From positions 1-64,000 of the forward strand of contig CAVYNY010000012.1 of assembly GCA_963769935.1 (NCBI GenBank): a stretch of DNA of 64,000 bases, given 5' to 3'. This document shows, piece after piece, positions 10,579-22,893 of the stretch (positions are counted from its first letter, which is position 1; every line of letters begins with the position of its first letter). Position numbers and translations under genes: made by a program. Below the pieces are notes generated by a model. The model saw only the letters and a list, made by a program, of their open reading frames with translations. It was not told the DNA's origin and made no database searches. The stretch comes from an uncultured delta proteobacterium. GTDB lineage: Bacteria > Desulfobacterota > Desulfobacteria > Desulfobacterales > JAFDCJ01.

Positions 10579-11718
10579 ATGTCGGATGTATATATGATAG
10601 AGTCAGATGGTTCAACTAAAGCCATGTCTCAAGTGCAGTGCAAGAATGAAGAAAAAGAGCTGCAGGATATTTTGGAAAAAAATTATAATCTTCTGCCTGG
10701 AAGCCAGATTCGGCCGGACGATCCTTGCCGCTGGCTGTTAATCAAGCGGGAAATGCCGGTTCCCGATCCAAATACCGGTGATGGCCGTTGGAGCATTGAT
10801 TTCTTTTTTGTTGATCAGACAGGGATGCCGACATTCGTGGAATGCAAACGATTCCAGGATACCCGCTCGCGTCGCGAGGTGGTTGGCCAGATGATGGAAT
10901 ACGCTGCCAATGGGCAATACTACTGGGATAAGGAAATTATCCGAGGGTACGCGTCAGCGGAAGCCCGCAGAAGCTCTAAAAATCTCGACGAAGTCATCTT
11001 TTCCCTAAAACCGGAGTCAGGTCAATCCGTTGATGATTTTTTAGAACTTATTGAAAACAATCTTCGAGAAGGCCAGCTTCGTCTGATATTTTTTATGGAA
11101 GAGGCACCAAACGAACTCAAAAGCATCGTCGAATTTCTAAACAGCCAGATGGAGAGAACCGAAGTTCTGGTGGTAGAGGCGAAACAATATCAGAGAAACG
11201 GTACTAAAATTATAGTTCCCCGGCTGTTTGGGTATACTGAGGAAGCCAGAAGGATTAAGAAGTCGGTTATGGTACCGTCAGGGAGTCGTATGCAGTGGAA
11301 TGAAGAAAAATTTTTTCAACAGGCCAGAGAAAGACTTTCCAAAGAAGAGTTGGAAGCCGTTACCAAGCTGTTTGCCATTGGCAAATCGGATGGTTTATAC
11401 ATCAGATGGGGTACTGGAAAAGAAACAGGGTCCTTTACCATAGTCGAATCGGAGCTTTTCTCAAAATCAATTATCAGCTGTTATGCAAATGGATCAATTG
11501 TCCTAAGTTTTGGCGGGTTAAAAGGCAACGAATCCATTGAAAACTTTCGCACTGATCTTGCGAACGCAGCAAAAAATGAGCTCGGTTTCTCAATACCCGA
11601 CGATTATATCGATAAATACCCAACAATCCAGCCGTCAGCCTGGATTAAAAAGGCAGATATTTTAATCGATATCGTTAAAAACTTGATCAATAAATATATA
11701 TCTCCCGAAAACATATAA
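10579..11718 (+). CDS. PD-(D/E)xK endonuclease-like protein (NucS/DUF91-like)
   Basis: EKELQDIL, REMPV, SIDFFFVDQTGMPTFVECKR, REVVGQMMEYAA. Confidence 0.7.
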   Translation: MSDVYMIESDGSTKAMSQVQCKNEEKELQDILEKNYNLLPGSQIRPDDPCRWLLIKREMPVPDPNTGDGRWSIDFFFVDQTGMPTFVECKRFQDTRSRREVVGQMMEYAANGQYYWDKEIIRGYASAEARRSSKNLDEVIFSLKPESGQSVDDFLELIENNLREGQLRLIFFMEEAPNELKSIVEFLNSQMERTEVLVVEAKQYQRNGTKIIVPRLFGYTEEARRIKKSVMVPSGSRMQWNEEKFFQQARERLSKEELEAVTKLFAIGKSDGLYIRWGTGKETGSFTIVESELFSKSIISCYANGSIVLSFGGLKGNESIENFRTDLANAAKNELGFSIPDDYIDKYPTIQPSAWIKKADILIDIVKNLINKYISPENI

Positions 11719-11742
11719 ACTGAAGCACATCCCGAATAAACC

Positions 11743-12560
11743 ATGGCAAAATCTTCCAAAATTATAACCTGCCGCCAGGCGAACTCAATCAAGTTGGAAT
11801 GCGAAATCGATCTCTGTCGGTTGTTTGATACCAAAGAAGAAAGAGAATGCTTTGAGGATCGATGGGACTCGTTTCTCGAATCCGATCCTCACAATCCAGA
11901 CATTTTTAAAAAATCTGGGAACCGACTGCACTTTTTATCCGAGCAGTTGATTTCCAAAAAACAGGATAATAGACCTCCTCTCCTACTGATCCTCGGTAAC
12001 CCTGCCAGCCAGTCCATCGCCAAAGGCATGTTCTTTTCCTTTGAAGACAACGGCACCGAACACCGCTTCTGGAAATATATCCTCAAGGATTCCGGAATAC
12101 TTGAACTATCATACAACAAAACCAAACCGGTCGATGAGCTAAATAAAACTCGCAAAACACAGCTGCTTAATCTGGCGTATGATTCTCCCTTTCGGATCGG
12201 GCTATGCGTGCTGATTACATTTCCCAGCGCCCCGGGAGGGCTCTGGGGCGGTGTGGCCGGTGTCCAAAAGCTTATCGGTGCCAGAGCCTTCCGCAAGCTG
12301 GAACAGGAAGAAACCGCCAGGGTCATAAAACTGGCCGAAAAATTCATCAACCCAAGGGGTGCCGCTATCACCTTTCAGAAAAATGCCTGGAACAGTCTGC
12401 GTTCTGAAAAAGATCCGAAATACAGGATCAACGCTGCCAAGGCAGGCGCCTTGAACGGAACTTTAAAAGGGCATAGGGATTTACCTTTTTTTGTGTTCCG
12501 CCAACCCGGCTGTCCGGGCCATGCGCCAGCGCCTTAAAACAATTGCGAAAAAAGTGGTGA
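11743..12560 (+). CDS. Hypothetical protein, possibly uracil-DNA-glycosylase-like fold (frameshift near 3' end)
   Basis: LLLILGNPASQS...HRFWKY resembles UDG-superfamily motif 1. Confidence 0.5.
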
Positions 12561-12618
12561 GAGGCTTGATTCATTCCCTCTGCATTTAAGGATACAAAAC
12601 TAAGAGAGAGGTTTTAAT

Positions 12619-13387
12619 ATGATAGAATGTCCCTTTTCTCTAGACGATGAAAAACTTTCAACGCTCCTTAGCGCTTACTCAAATTGGCTTAGCGAAAATG
12701 ATGAAGACGCGAAATATCCGGTTAAATCCCGACAAAAGGCAAAAGATTTAAAAGAAAGTTTGTTAAACCCGGAATACCTGTCTGCAGTTTCTGATGACGA
12801 GCTATCAAAAAAAATATTTGCTTATTCCCGCACACTTGAAGGTCCCGCCCATATACGTTTAGGAATGCCACGGATATCCTATCATTTTGACGCGGGATTT
12901 AGACATTGCAAGACAATGGCTGCGCGATCAAGCCAGCGGAAACGAGCGGTATGGAATTGTTGTGTCTTCGCAAGCAGAACGGTTGAAACCATATGCCATT
13001 GATGTTCGAACTCCTATGAATCCCGTGCATTGGTTTTTGGAAGGAAAAGACGATGTGCGATCATCATATTACCTTGAGGATGTTGCGACCGAGTTTCACG
13101 TACAAGGGCTTGAGCTAGATTGGGTATGCGTATCATGGGACGGAGATTTTCGTTATAATGACCGCAGCTGGCAGCATTTCTCATTTCGAGGCACCAAGTG
13201 GCAACGCATCAAAAAGCCTTCCAGAAAAAAATACCTCAAGAATGCTTATCGTGTCCTTCTCACAAGGGCACGTCAAGGAATGGTAATATTTATTCCTGAG
13301 GGAAGCACGGTGGATCCAACAAGAGATCCGAGTTATTATGATTCGACTTTTGCCTATTTGCAGTCCATTGGGTTACGCGAGCTGTAG
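12619..13387 (+). pseudogene. Chimeric remnant: unknown N-terminal fragment joined to C-terminal part of DUF2075 (Schlafen-like helicase) protein
   Basis: Second half has [46 protein letters not shown] but no N-terminal Walker A. Confidence 0.7.
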
Positions 13388-13518
13388 ACCTTTCATTCTT
13401 GCATTAATCGAAAAGGGAAAACGGTTACATCCTAACTATTAAATTTCGCTTTAAATGTCAAAAATTTCGGATGTGACCCTCGCATCTTTACCGCCAGGAA
13501 TTTTAATAAGGGAAATGA

Positions 13519-14251
13519 ATGATGCAGAATCTTTTGACCATTTTGGTTATCATTTTGGTGGTTCTCGTTGGACTCCTCATATTCAAAAAATATTTTAAAC
13601 CCGATTCATCCAAAGCATTTCCATATCAATCAAAAAACTCACTATGTTCCCCGGCTGAAAGATCGTTTTTGGGTGTGTTAGATCAATTATTCGCCGACAA
13701 ATACCGGGTAATTTTAAAAGTAAGACTGGCGGATCTGCTGGAAATACCAAAAGGTGTTTCAAAATCCCTTCGACAAAGCGCCCTCAACCGCATATCCAGC
13801 AAGCATGTCGATTTTGTGGTTTGCAATAAAAACGATTTATCAATTTTGGGGGTAATTGAACTCGACGATCAAAGCCACAAATCAGCCAAACGCCAGAAAC
13901 GCGACGGTTTTTGGACAGTGCCTTGAGTGCCGCCGGCATCCCTATTGTTCATATCCGAGCGCAAAATACCTATTCGGTCGTCGATATTCAGAATCAACTG
14001 CAGAATAATTTCTTATTCATGGCAGCCAAATCTGAAACAAATCCGCTCGGTCAGTTTCAGACTCAAACGGCCAGGGGAAAACCCAACCTATTTCGGATGA
14101 TACCGAAACCATTGAGATCTGCCCGGACTGCGGAGGCGCGCTGGTAAAACGGCAAGCTCAAAAAGGCAAGTTTGCAGGTCAACATTTCATGGCCTGCTCC
14201 AATTTCCCCAAATGCCGCAAAATCGTTCCGATAAAACAAGCGGCTTTTTGA
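13519..14251 (+). CDS. DUF2726 domain protein with C-terminal C4 zinc finger (frameshifted)
   Basis: SPAERSFLGVL, KVRLADLL, SKHVDFVVC, IELDDQSH; CPDC...ACSNFPKCR in downstream frames. Confidence 0.8.
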
Positions 14252-14568
14252 AAGGATTAAAAAATCAATTCATTTTTTACGCCCATTAAGGAAATCGATA
14301 AGTAATGAAAAGAAGGGGGGCACCCATTAAAGGGTGGGTCAAGAGAAAAGACACCCCCTTAACTCAAAAAAATGAATTTTTAATTGACCGTTGATGAATT
14401 CTCAAAAAGCTTGACTAATAAGTTCATTATATGTCTGATCTTAGGATATCTAACCCGGAAATGGATACATCTAATCCGGGTACTAAGATCACCAGCATCT
14501 TAGCTGAACCGAAGCCAACTGCAGATACCGCCATCACACAACTTGAGATCAGAAAGAGAGATACACAC

Positions 14569-14722
14569 ATGATCACAGGTGAACTTAGGAATCAGATCAA
14601 CCGCATCTGGGATGCGTTTTGGTCAGGTGGCATATCTAATCCCATGGAGGTCATTCCATTGAGCAGATGACGTACCTCCTTTTCATAAAAAGACTGGAAG
14701 AATTGCTCACAGCACCCGTAAC
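14569..14722 (+). pseudogene. N-terminal remnant of type I R-M methyltransferase HsdM
   Basis: MITGELRNQINRIWDAFWSGGISNPMEVI then EQMTYLLFIKRL in a shifted frame; truncated. Confidence 0.8.
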
Positions 14723-14824
14723 ACTGACGTCTCCCAACCCAATTTGTAGGTATTTTCATCGATATCCGCAAATTCAAAGGATCGCGGGAACCAGCTGACT
14801 ACAATTTAGAAAAGGGAAATTGAG

Positions 14825-16246
14825 ATGGTTGTGAAGTATGACATTCTGCTGAAAGGGGGCACGGTTGTCGATCCGGCCAACCGCGTCACAAAGGTGGCTG
14901 ATATAGCTGTTGCCAATGGCAAAATCGCGGAAATCGGAGAAGATCTGGATCCTGTCCGGTCGAATGAAAGCATTGAAGTTAAGGGCAAATACATCCTACC
15001 CGGGATCATAGACCTGCACGTGCACGCGTCTTCCTGGTTGGGAGGACGCTTCGGGCATAAAATGATGGCTCTGGCCGGTGTTATCACGGCCCTGGATATG
15101 TCCGGACCGGTGGAGAGCGTCCTGGACATTGCCAGAGAGTACGGTGCAGGGCTTAATCTCGCCAGCCTGCAATATGTGTGGCCCGGGCATACGGTCAGGG
15201 ATGCGAATCCAGACGGCGTCGAACTGGAGAACCTGCTACAGCGTTCACTGAGGCAGGGTGCCTATGGATTAAAGATTCTCGGCGGACACTATCCACTGAC
15301 ACCGGAGGCCACTGCACGGACAATTGAGGTGGCCCGTACAAACAATGCCTACCTGGCTTTCCATGCCGGCAGCCTTGAAACCAAATCGGATATCGAAGGG
15401 TTTCATGAAGCTGTGAAGTTGACCGGCGATCATGCGATTCACCTGGCCCATATCAACAGTTACTGTCGCGGAAGGGTTAGAACATACTTGCTTGAAGCCC
15501 AGGAGGCCATCGAAGCGCTTGAACAGCATCCCCAAATATGCTCGGAGTCCTATCTGTCTCCGTTTAACGGCACCAGTGCCAAATGCTCCGGGGGGGTTCC
15601 GGAAAGCCGAGTGACGGAAATGTGTCTGACGGATGGTGGCTTTGCAGCTACCGAAAAAGGGTTGGAAGAAGCCATTAACGCCGGCTGGGCCAATATCAAC
15701 ATGGAATCCGGCGGCCGGGTCATACTGGCCACAGGTGGGCCTGCCGTGGAGTGGTGGCGGCAACAACTTACCGATACCTCGGTAAGTTTCCCAGTCAACC
15801 CTGCTATACCGCGCCTGATGCTGGCAACCGCCAAGAGAAAAACCGGTCAATTTGCCGTGGACTGTATCAGTACAGACGGGGGCGGCATCCCGCGGAACGT
15901 CACGGTGGAAATGGGGTTGGCCCTGGTCAAACTGGCGGCTCTAACGATCGAAGAATTCGTAGTTAAAACGAGCCGCAACCCTGCCCTTATCCTGGGATTG
16001 CCGAACAAGGGGCATTTAGGTGTCGGGGCTGATGCAGACATCACGGTTGTAGAACTGACGTGCCAAAAGCCGATCCTGAGCCTGGCAGACGGCAAGATGA
16101 TCATGTTCAAAGATTATCTGTGCGGCAGGGGGACCCATATCATCACCACTCCGGCAGGGGCAGGGTTTGTTAAGCAAAGAGGTCTTGAACCTGTTGTGGT
16201 GGACTCTGCTCAAGCGCAGTTATTTGCCAGGCCTGCCGCTATCTGA
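14825..16246 (+). CDS. Amidohydrolase / dihydroorotase-family metallohydrolase
   Basis: LKGGTVVDP, PGIIDLHVH, ISTDGGGIPRN, KGHLGVGADADITV. Confidence 0.85.
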   Translation: MVVKYDILLKGGTVVDPANRVTKVADIAVANGKIAEIGEDLDPVRSNESIEVKGKYILPGIIDLHVHASSWLGGRFGHKMMALAGVITALDMSGPVESVLDIAREYGAGLNLASLQYVWPGHTVRDANPDGVELENLLQRSLRQGAYGLKILGGHYPLTPEATARTIEVARTNNAYLAFHAGSLETKSDIEGFHEAVKLTGDHAIHLAHINSYCRGRVRTYLLEAQEAIEALEQHPQICSESYLSPFNGTSAKCSGGVPESRVTEMCLTDGGFAATEKGLEEAINAGWANINMESGGRVILATGGPAVEWWRQQLTDTSVSFPVNPAIPRLMLATAKRKTGQFAVDCISTDGGGIPRNVTVEMGLALVKLAALTIEEFVVKTSRNPALILGLPNKGHLGVGADADITVVELTCQKPILSLADGKMIMFKDYLCGRGTHIITTPAGAGFVKQRGLEPVVVDSAQAQLFARPAAI

Positions 16247-16343
16247 AAAATTGGATCAGTCAAAAAAACGGGCCACCCGGGCGGCAGGCCCGCTGTTAAT
16301 ACACTCTTTTCAATTGATCTGGAATCCATATCGTTTCGATAAA

Positions 16344-17682
16344 TTATTCGATTGCAAATTTTTTTCCAGTGATCGTCAACACATCGTTTAAAATTTCCAA
16401 GTATATCATCTATTTGGGATTGATTGATAACCAGGGAGGTCCGATCAGCAGATGATCCCCGGCGACGCCATTCACCGTTCCATGTCCGGGGAAAACAATC
16501 AAGCCTCTGTCGAAGCATTTGTTCATTACAGTCTCTGCAAATTTTGTCTCTACCGGAAAAGGCTCTTTTGTCCTTTTGTTTTTGACGAAACTCGATTCCG
16601 CACATTAATCCCTGACCGCGAATGTCTCCGATGGACGGCCGTTTCTCCTTTAGCGTTTGCAATCCGTTGAGGAGGTGTTTTCCGCAGATTTTGGAATTTT
16701 GGACAAGATCATTGTCGATGACAAATTTCATGACAGCGGTTGCAACTTTGCAGCCGAGCAGCTGACCGCTATGGGTATGGCCGCCTTCAAACGCAAAATT
16801 TCCTTCAATCATAGTTTTCATTATATCTCTGGATAGAATGCAGGCGCCAACTGGAAAATAACCGCCCCCCATTCCTTTTGCCGTCGCGATGACATCCGGT
16901 ACTGCTTTCCAGTGATTGATGGCGAATTTTTCTCCTGTCCTTCCCATACCGCACATGACTTCATCAGCGATAAAAACCACCTCATACTTGTTGCAGATGC
17001 TACGGATAATTTCAAAATATCCTTCGGGAGCTGGCACGGCACCGAGTGAGGCACCGACAACGGGTTCTGCAATAAAAGCAGATACATTTTCGGGACCTTC
17101 CTGAAGGATCGCGTTCTCCAATACACGTGCGCACAAAAGTTCGCATTCCGGGTACGTTTTCTCAAAGTGACACCTATAGCAGAAAGCCGGCGGTATATGC
17201 GGAAAGGCCTTCAGGAAAGGGGTATGCTTTCTTCGCCGAAACGTGTGACCGCAACTGGACAATGCCCCGATCGTATTGCCGTGGTAAGACTGCCATCGGG
17301 AAATGACGATGTATTTTGAGGGTTTTCTACGATTTACCTGATATTGTCGTACAAATTTAAGCGCTGTCTCAGTGGCCTCGGAACCGGAATTGACTGCAAA
17401 AACAGTATCAAGTCCTGAAGGGGTAAATTGGTTGAGAATGTCTGCCATTTCAATGTATACATCCGAGTGAGAACAATGGGTCGGATTGTATGCCAGCATA
17501 GTTGCTTGTGGTGTCATCACTTCAGCGATTTCACGTTGCCCATGCCCGATGTTGCATACCAATGATGATCCGCTTGATCCGTCGATGTATTTTTTACCGT
17601 CGCTGTCGTATAGATAAATCCCCTCTCCTTTTACGATATTCGGATTGTTTCGAGTGCGATTTCTAATCATTGCGGTCGACAT
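16344..17682 (-). CDS. Class III PLP-dependent aminotransferase (several 3' frameshifts)
   Basis: GEGIYLYD, NSGSEATETA, SYHGNT, FIAEPVVG, FIADEVMCGMGRTG, AKGMGGG. Confidence 0.9.
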
Positions 17683-17950
17683 GGGCACTTCTCCTTTCAT
17701 ATATGTTTGGCTGTTTTTCACAAATTATATCCTTTTATTCCAATCTCTAACAGAATCCTTATTGATTTTTTTGAATGTGCGCATCAGAGTGCCTCAAAGG
17801 AGCATTCCGTGGGTATTCGCAAACTTCAGCGGCAATAAAATCATCTTGAAGTGATGCACCGGCAATGTTATGTAAAACTCCTCTATTTTTTGTAAATTAT
17901 TGCCGAATAAATGCGGCTGACCAAAACCTGTTTTTCGAAAGGCTGAATCG

Positions 17951-18708
17951 ATGAACAAGATCATTTTTATTACCGGCGCTTCTTCAGGTTTCGGACGTGC
18001 ATGTGCGTACCGTTTCGCAAAACATGGCTACAAATTGGTTTTAACCGCACGAAGGACCGAACGTTTAAAAGAGATCGAAAAAGACCTATCGACCAAAACG
18101 GACATATGTTCGCTAACCCTGGATATCAGGGAACGGGATGCTGTTCGCGAGGCCATTGAGGCTCTGCCTGAACCTTTTTCAAAAATTGACGTTCTTATCA
18201 ATAATGCCGGCCTTGCGTTGGGGATGGAACCCGCCCATGAGTGCAATCTTCAAGATTGGGAAGTTATGGTAGATACTAATATAAAAGGCTTGATGTATTG
18301 CACTCGCTACATCCTGCCCCAAATGGTTTCGCGTAACCGTGGGCACATTATCAATATCGGTTCGATAGCGGGAAACTGGGTCTATCCCTATATAAATGTT
18401 TACGGCGGCACCAAGGCATTCGTAAGGCAGTTTTCATTAAATCTTCGCGCAGATTTCATGGTACCAGGGTAAGAGTGAGTTTGATTGAACCTGGGATGGC
18501 TAAAAGCGAATTCGCAGCTGTTCGCTTCAAAGGCGACAGCGACCGAGCTTCTAAAATATTCGACCAAGCAGAGGTTTTAAAACCAGAAGATATTGCTGAA
18601 GTCGCATTCTGGGTTACAAACCTACCCGACCATATGAATGTAAACAGCATTGAGGTCATGCCGACATGTCAGACCTGGGGTCCCCTGGTGATGACCCAAA
18701 ATCGGTAA
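17951..18708 (+). CDS. SDR oxidoreductase, YdfG-like (frameshift near 18470)
   Basis: TGASSGFG, NNAGLALG, YGGTK, LIEPG, LKPEDIAE. Confidence 0.9.
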
Positions 18709-18718
18709 TTCACTGGCT

Positions 18719-19777
18719 TCAACGTAACGCGATGAGCCTTTTGGCGTTATGGATCAAGAGTGCATCGATGTCGTTGTCGCTCAGATCCCATGCTTTCATC
18801 ACAGGGACACTGTTTTCCAGAATATGCGTGTATCCATGCCCCCCATAAGTGTATCGGCGTGTTTTGTAACAGATATCATGTGAAATCAAAACCTGGTTTA
18901 AGTACCCATTTTTCTTCATTTCTAAAATCTCTTTAATCCGCTGAACATCATTGGGCATGTGCGCGATGGCCATTGCCAATGGATAATAGCCTTCCCAACC
19001 GAACAAATCATATTCAATCGAGCAGCCGGTCTCTGCAATTTTCAAACGGGTTTCAAGTGAAAACGGGGTGCGATCAATATGGCAGATGATCACTTTTTCG
19101 AGGTCTGCGCCTGCCTGTTTCAATATGTCGATAATTTCAAGCGGAGAATCATCATGTCGCCCCGGATGAACGGTTATAGCAGCTCCGGTGGCAGCCTGAG
19201 CATGAGCAGAAGCGATCAGGCTTTTTCTCTCTCTTTTATCCAAAGGCCAGGAGCATCCGATTTCACCGATAATGCCTGCCTTTATCTGTTCTATGCCGAC
19301 CCCGACTTCGATGTCATGAATTATTTCCGCCGTGATGTCTTCCACAGTTTTTTGGTCGTAATCACCAACCTGTATCTCGCCCACATAGTAACCGCAACCC
19401 ATAACAACATTGATGCCGGTCATTCGCGAAACCCTTGCCAGTGCAGCCGGATCACGACCGATATTGTCAAGTGTGACATCTACAATTGAGTTGCCGCCGG
19501 CTGCTTTAAAACGCATCAATTCATACACCGCCTCTTTTTCATTCAACAGGCGCAAGTTGTCCTTGTTACTGTAAGGATGATACTTAAACCAGCTGATGTC
19601 GGGATGATCGATGCGGATTTTTTCTTCAGCCATCAATTTCCGGGTAGCTTGGCTTGGTTCTTTGAACCACAAACCGAGTTCAATGAAAAGGTGTTCGTGA
19701 GGTAATGTTGTCCCAAGTTGATTTTCATCTATCAGACCAAGAACCGTTTGTATTTTGCCAGATTTTAATTCAGCCAT
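18719..19777 (-). CDS. Phosphotriesterase-related lactonase
   Basis: TLPHEHL, GRDPAAL, AGIIGEIG, ICHIDR, LISHDIC. Confidence 0.9.
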   Translation of the reverse strand: MAELKSGKIQTVLGLIDENQLGTTLPHEHLFIELGLWFKEPSQATRKLMAEEKIRIDHPDISWFKYHPYSNKDNLRLLNEKEAVYELMRFKAAGGNSIVDVTLDNIGRDPAALARVSRMTGINVVMGCGYYVGEIQVGDYDQKTVEDITAEIIHDIEVGVGIEQIKAGIIGEIGCSWPLDKRERKSLIASAHAQAATGAAITVHPGRHDDSPLEIIDILKQAGADLEKVIICHIDRTPFSLETRLKIAETGCSIEYDLFGWEGYYPLAMAIAHMPNDVQRIKEILEMKKNGYLNQVLISHDICYKTRRYTYGGHGYTHILENSVPVMKAWDLSDNDIDALLIHNAKRLIALR

Positions 19778-19854
19778 GGATGTGCCTCATTCAAAATTGA
19801 ATTAGTTCTATTGTCAATGAGAGTTCTCAGAATCATTTATTCATCTTGCCCTTG

Positions 19855-21131
19855 TCACATGAAGCCGAAAATTTCCGGTATGAGCAGAGAAATTTTGGAT
19901 ACATAAGTAACAATCATCAGCACTGCAATGAGCACCAGAATAAAAGGAAATGTCGCTTTAATCACTTTTTCGACTGGCAGGTTGGCAATAGCGCTTCCCA
20001 CATATATGCAAATCCCAACCGGTGGGGTAATCAGGCCGATTGTCAGGTTTAACACCATTATCATACCAATGTGCAATGGATGTAAGCCAATGGCATCGAA
20101 TAGCGGTAACAGCACTGGTACAAGAATGATGATAGCGGCTCCCGGTTCCAGAAACGTTCCAACTATTAACAGTAACACGTTGAATACCAGCAAAAAAGCG
20201 GGTGGCGATGCCGTCAGAGGTTCCAGCATGCCGATTACTTTTTGCGGAATCTGTTCAATTGCCATGAACCATGAAAGCGCACTCGCCATGGAGATAATGA
20301 TGATTACCACGGAGGTAATGATGCCGGCTCGCACAAATGCCCTGAACAGTTCCTTCAATTTCAGTGATTTCGTCGAAACTGCAAGGAGAATAGCGTAAAC
20401 GCAACCAACATTGCCGGATTCGGTCGCAGTAAATACGCCTGAAATAATTCCACCAATAATGATAAAGGGCAAAAGTAAATACCAAAAGACATCTTTACCG
20501 ACCACAAAAAGCCTTTTAAGTGAAAATGAATCGTTTACAACTTTATAGCCTCTTTTTCTTGCATAAACATAACAGGCGAGCATGAGAGAGAAACAAAGTA
20601 GTATTCCTGGTAGAATGCCTGCCATAAACAATCCGCCAACAGAAATGCTGGCAGCCATCGCGTAAATGACCATTATAACACTGGGTGGAATGATCGGCCC
20701 TGCGACGGAAGATGCAATGGTCACAGCAGTGCTGAAATCTTTTTCGTAGCCTCCCTCCGTCATCATATCAATCTCTATCTTTCCCAAAGCAGCAACATCG
20801 GCAACAGCAGCTCCGCTTATACCGGCAAAAAACATGCTGGCCATAACATTGGTGAAAGCCAGACCTCCCCGGATGTGGCCGACAAGAGCTTCTGCAAATT
20901 TTATTATTTTACCGGTAATATTAGCTCTGTTGATAATCTCTCCGGCGAGAATGAAGAACGGTCCGGCAAGGAGAGGAAAAGTGTCAATTGAGGTAAATGT
21001 ACGAATGACCATTTTGCTCATGGGAAGACCACTGAGTAAGAATCCGAAAACGCCGTAAGGCCAAGTGCGAACGAAACCGGGATGCCTATAAAAATGGTGA
21101 ATAGAAATACCGATGCAACAATCCAGATCAT
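19855..21131 (-). CDS. dctM: TRAP transporter large permease (frameshift near 21055)
   Basis: FPLLAGPFFILAG, ISGAAVAD, IIPPS, GLITPPVG. Confidence 0.9.
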
Positions 21132-21650
21132 AAAATCGCCTTCTTAATTACTTTAAACTTTGGAGAGAAAAAAAGTGTCGGCATTTCTTTAAAACGGTGG
21201 GTAGAATTTGAAGGATCACCAAAGCACTTCCAACCGGTACTATCGCATAGGGTATGCTCATCGGTATCCGAATACCGGGCGATATTTGCCGCGACGCGGT
21301 TCGACCCCTTCATATCCGTAAAGCAATAGGACCACCATTAGGAATAAAGCACTCAGATCGATGAATATGAGAATTATTGCACCCAGCCTGGCGCCCACAT
21401 AATTCAAAAGGACCGTAAAACCGATATGTTCGCCTTTCCTGTATGCGCAGCTCAGGCCGAGAAAAACAACAGCAATAAAAAGGTAGCGCGCCACTTCAGC
21501 ACTCCAGGGAATCGGGTTTCGCAGCACGTAACGATAAAAAACTTGAGCAAAAACCACTACTGTCAGTAAAATCATATTGATGCCGACAATGGTTTCGATC
21601 ACCAGATTCACGCCATTGGCAAACCTGTCCAATCGGTCGATCGCGCTCAT
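21128..21650 (-). CDS. dctQ: TRAP transporter small permease (frameshifted)
   Basis: QVFYRYVLRNPIPWSAEVARY, GEHIG. Confidence 0.8.
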
Positions 21651-21743
21651 TCTTTTAAACTCTCAATACGGCCAATATTGCTTTTGAAAAATTTTGAAGG
21701 AGCGATCCAGCACCTGAAAAAGCGGACCGCTCCTTGGTTAGCA

Positions 21744-22769
21744 TTATTTCTGATAGCTTTTCTCCACTATTTCGGTCGCCTCTATTATTTTTTTCGGCCA
21801 TTCAGGTCCGATTTGAACGTTAATCCATTCTATGACCGGTTGTCTCGAAGCATCAATGAAACCTTTTCTTGCTTCAGGGCTGAGATGCGAAATCTTTATA
21901 CCCTTTTTCTCCAACAGGGTTGCTGCTACACGATTCTTATCATATTTGATTCCTCTTAATACGGTTTTCCACACATCTGCCGCTTCTTTGACAACCTCTT
22001 GTAAATCCGGCGGAATGCTCTCATAAAACTTGTTGTTGATGATAAGAACCGCAAAGACTGTAAGTGTGGTGATCGGTGGTTACATATTTTGGACTTCATA
22101 CATGCGATAAGAATAGATTTGATCCAACGGGTTTTCCTGTCCATCGACTACTTTCTGCTGCATTGCACTGTATAGTTCGCCACCGCCCGGCATCGGGGTC
22201 GGGTTTGCTCCCAGTGACGCCACCAGTTTCTGGTAAATCTGCGATTCCATAACTCGAATCTGCAGGCCTTTCATGTCCTCAACTTTTTCGATAGGCCGGA
22301 CACTATTGCTGAAATCGCGAAATCCATTCTCACCAAAAGCAAGAATCCGTGTGCCGGTGGCTTTTAAGAATGCGTCCGCAAACTCATCGCCGAAAGGCCC
22401 GTCCAGAACCTTCCAGGCGATGCTAACGTCTTTGAACAGATAGGGGATGCTGAATACATAAAATGGCTTAAAAAAACCCGACAGCGGTCCTTCGGCCAAA
22501 AAGTTCATTTCCACCGTTCCCTGTTGAACCGATTCCATCACCTCGCGTTCAAAACCCAATTGGGCTCCTGGGAAATACTTTACTTCGATCCTGCCGTCGG
22601 CGTGTTTATTTATGTAATCTATCATTGCCAGGCTGGCAAGATGCTCGGCAGCGGCTTCAGTAGCTGGCGATTGATGGGATAGTTTGATGATATATGGTTC
22701 TGCCGAGGCAGCACCTGCAAACACCAACACCAGAACCAAAATAATCACAAGGCCTTTCAGTTTTTTCAT
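21744..22769 (-). CDS. dctP: TRAP transporter substrate-binding protein (frameshifted)
   Basis: Signal peptide; GAQLG, GENGFR, DMKGLQIRVM, VVDGQENP. Confidence 0.9.
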
Positions 22770-22893
22770 CTTTTCCCTCCTTTTAGTATTTTTGCCAAAT
22801 AATTGTCTCTGTTTCAGCCTCACCCACTTCAGTGGCTATCCGTATATTCCTTTGTTAGGATCCGGCTTTCGATGCCAATTTGAATTTCCGTAG

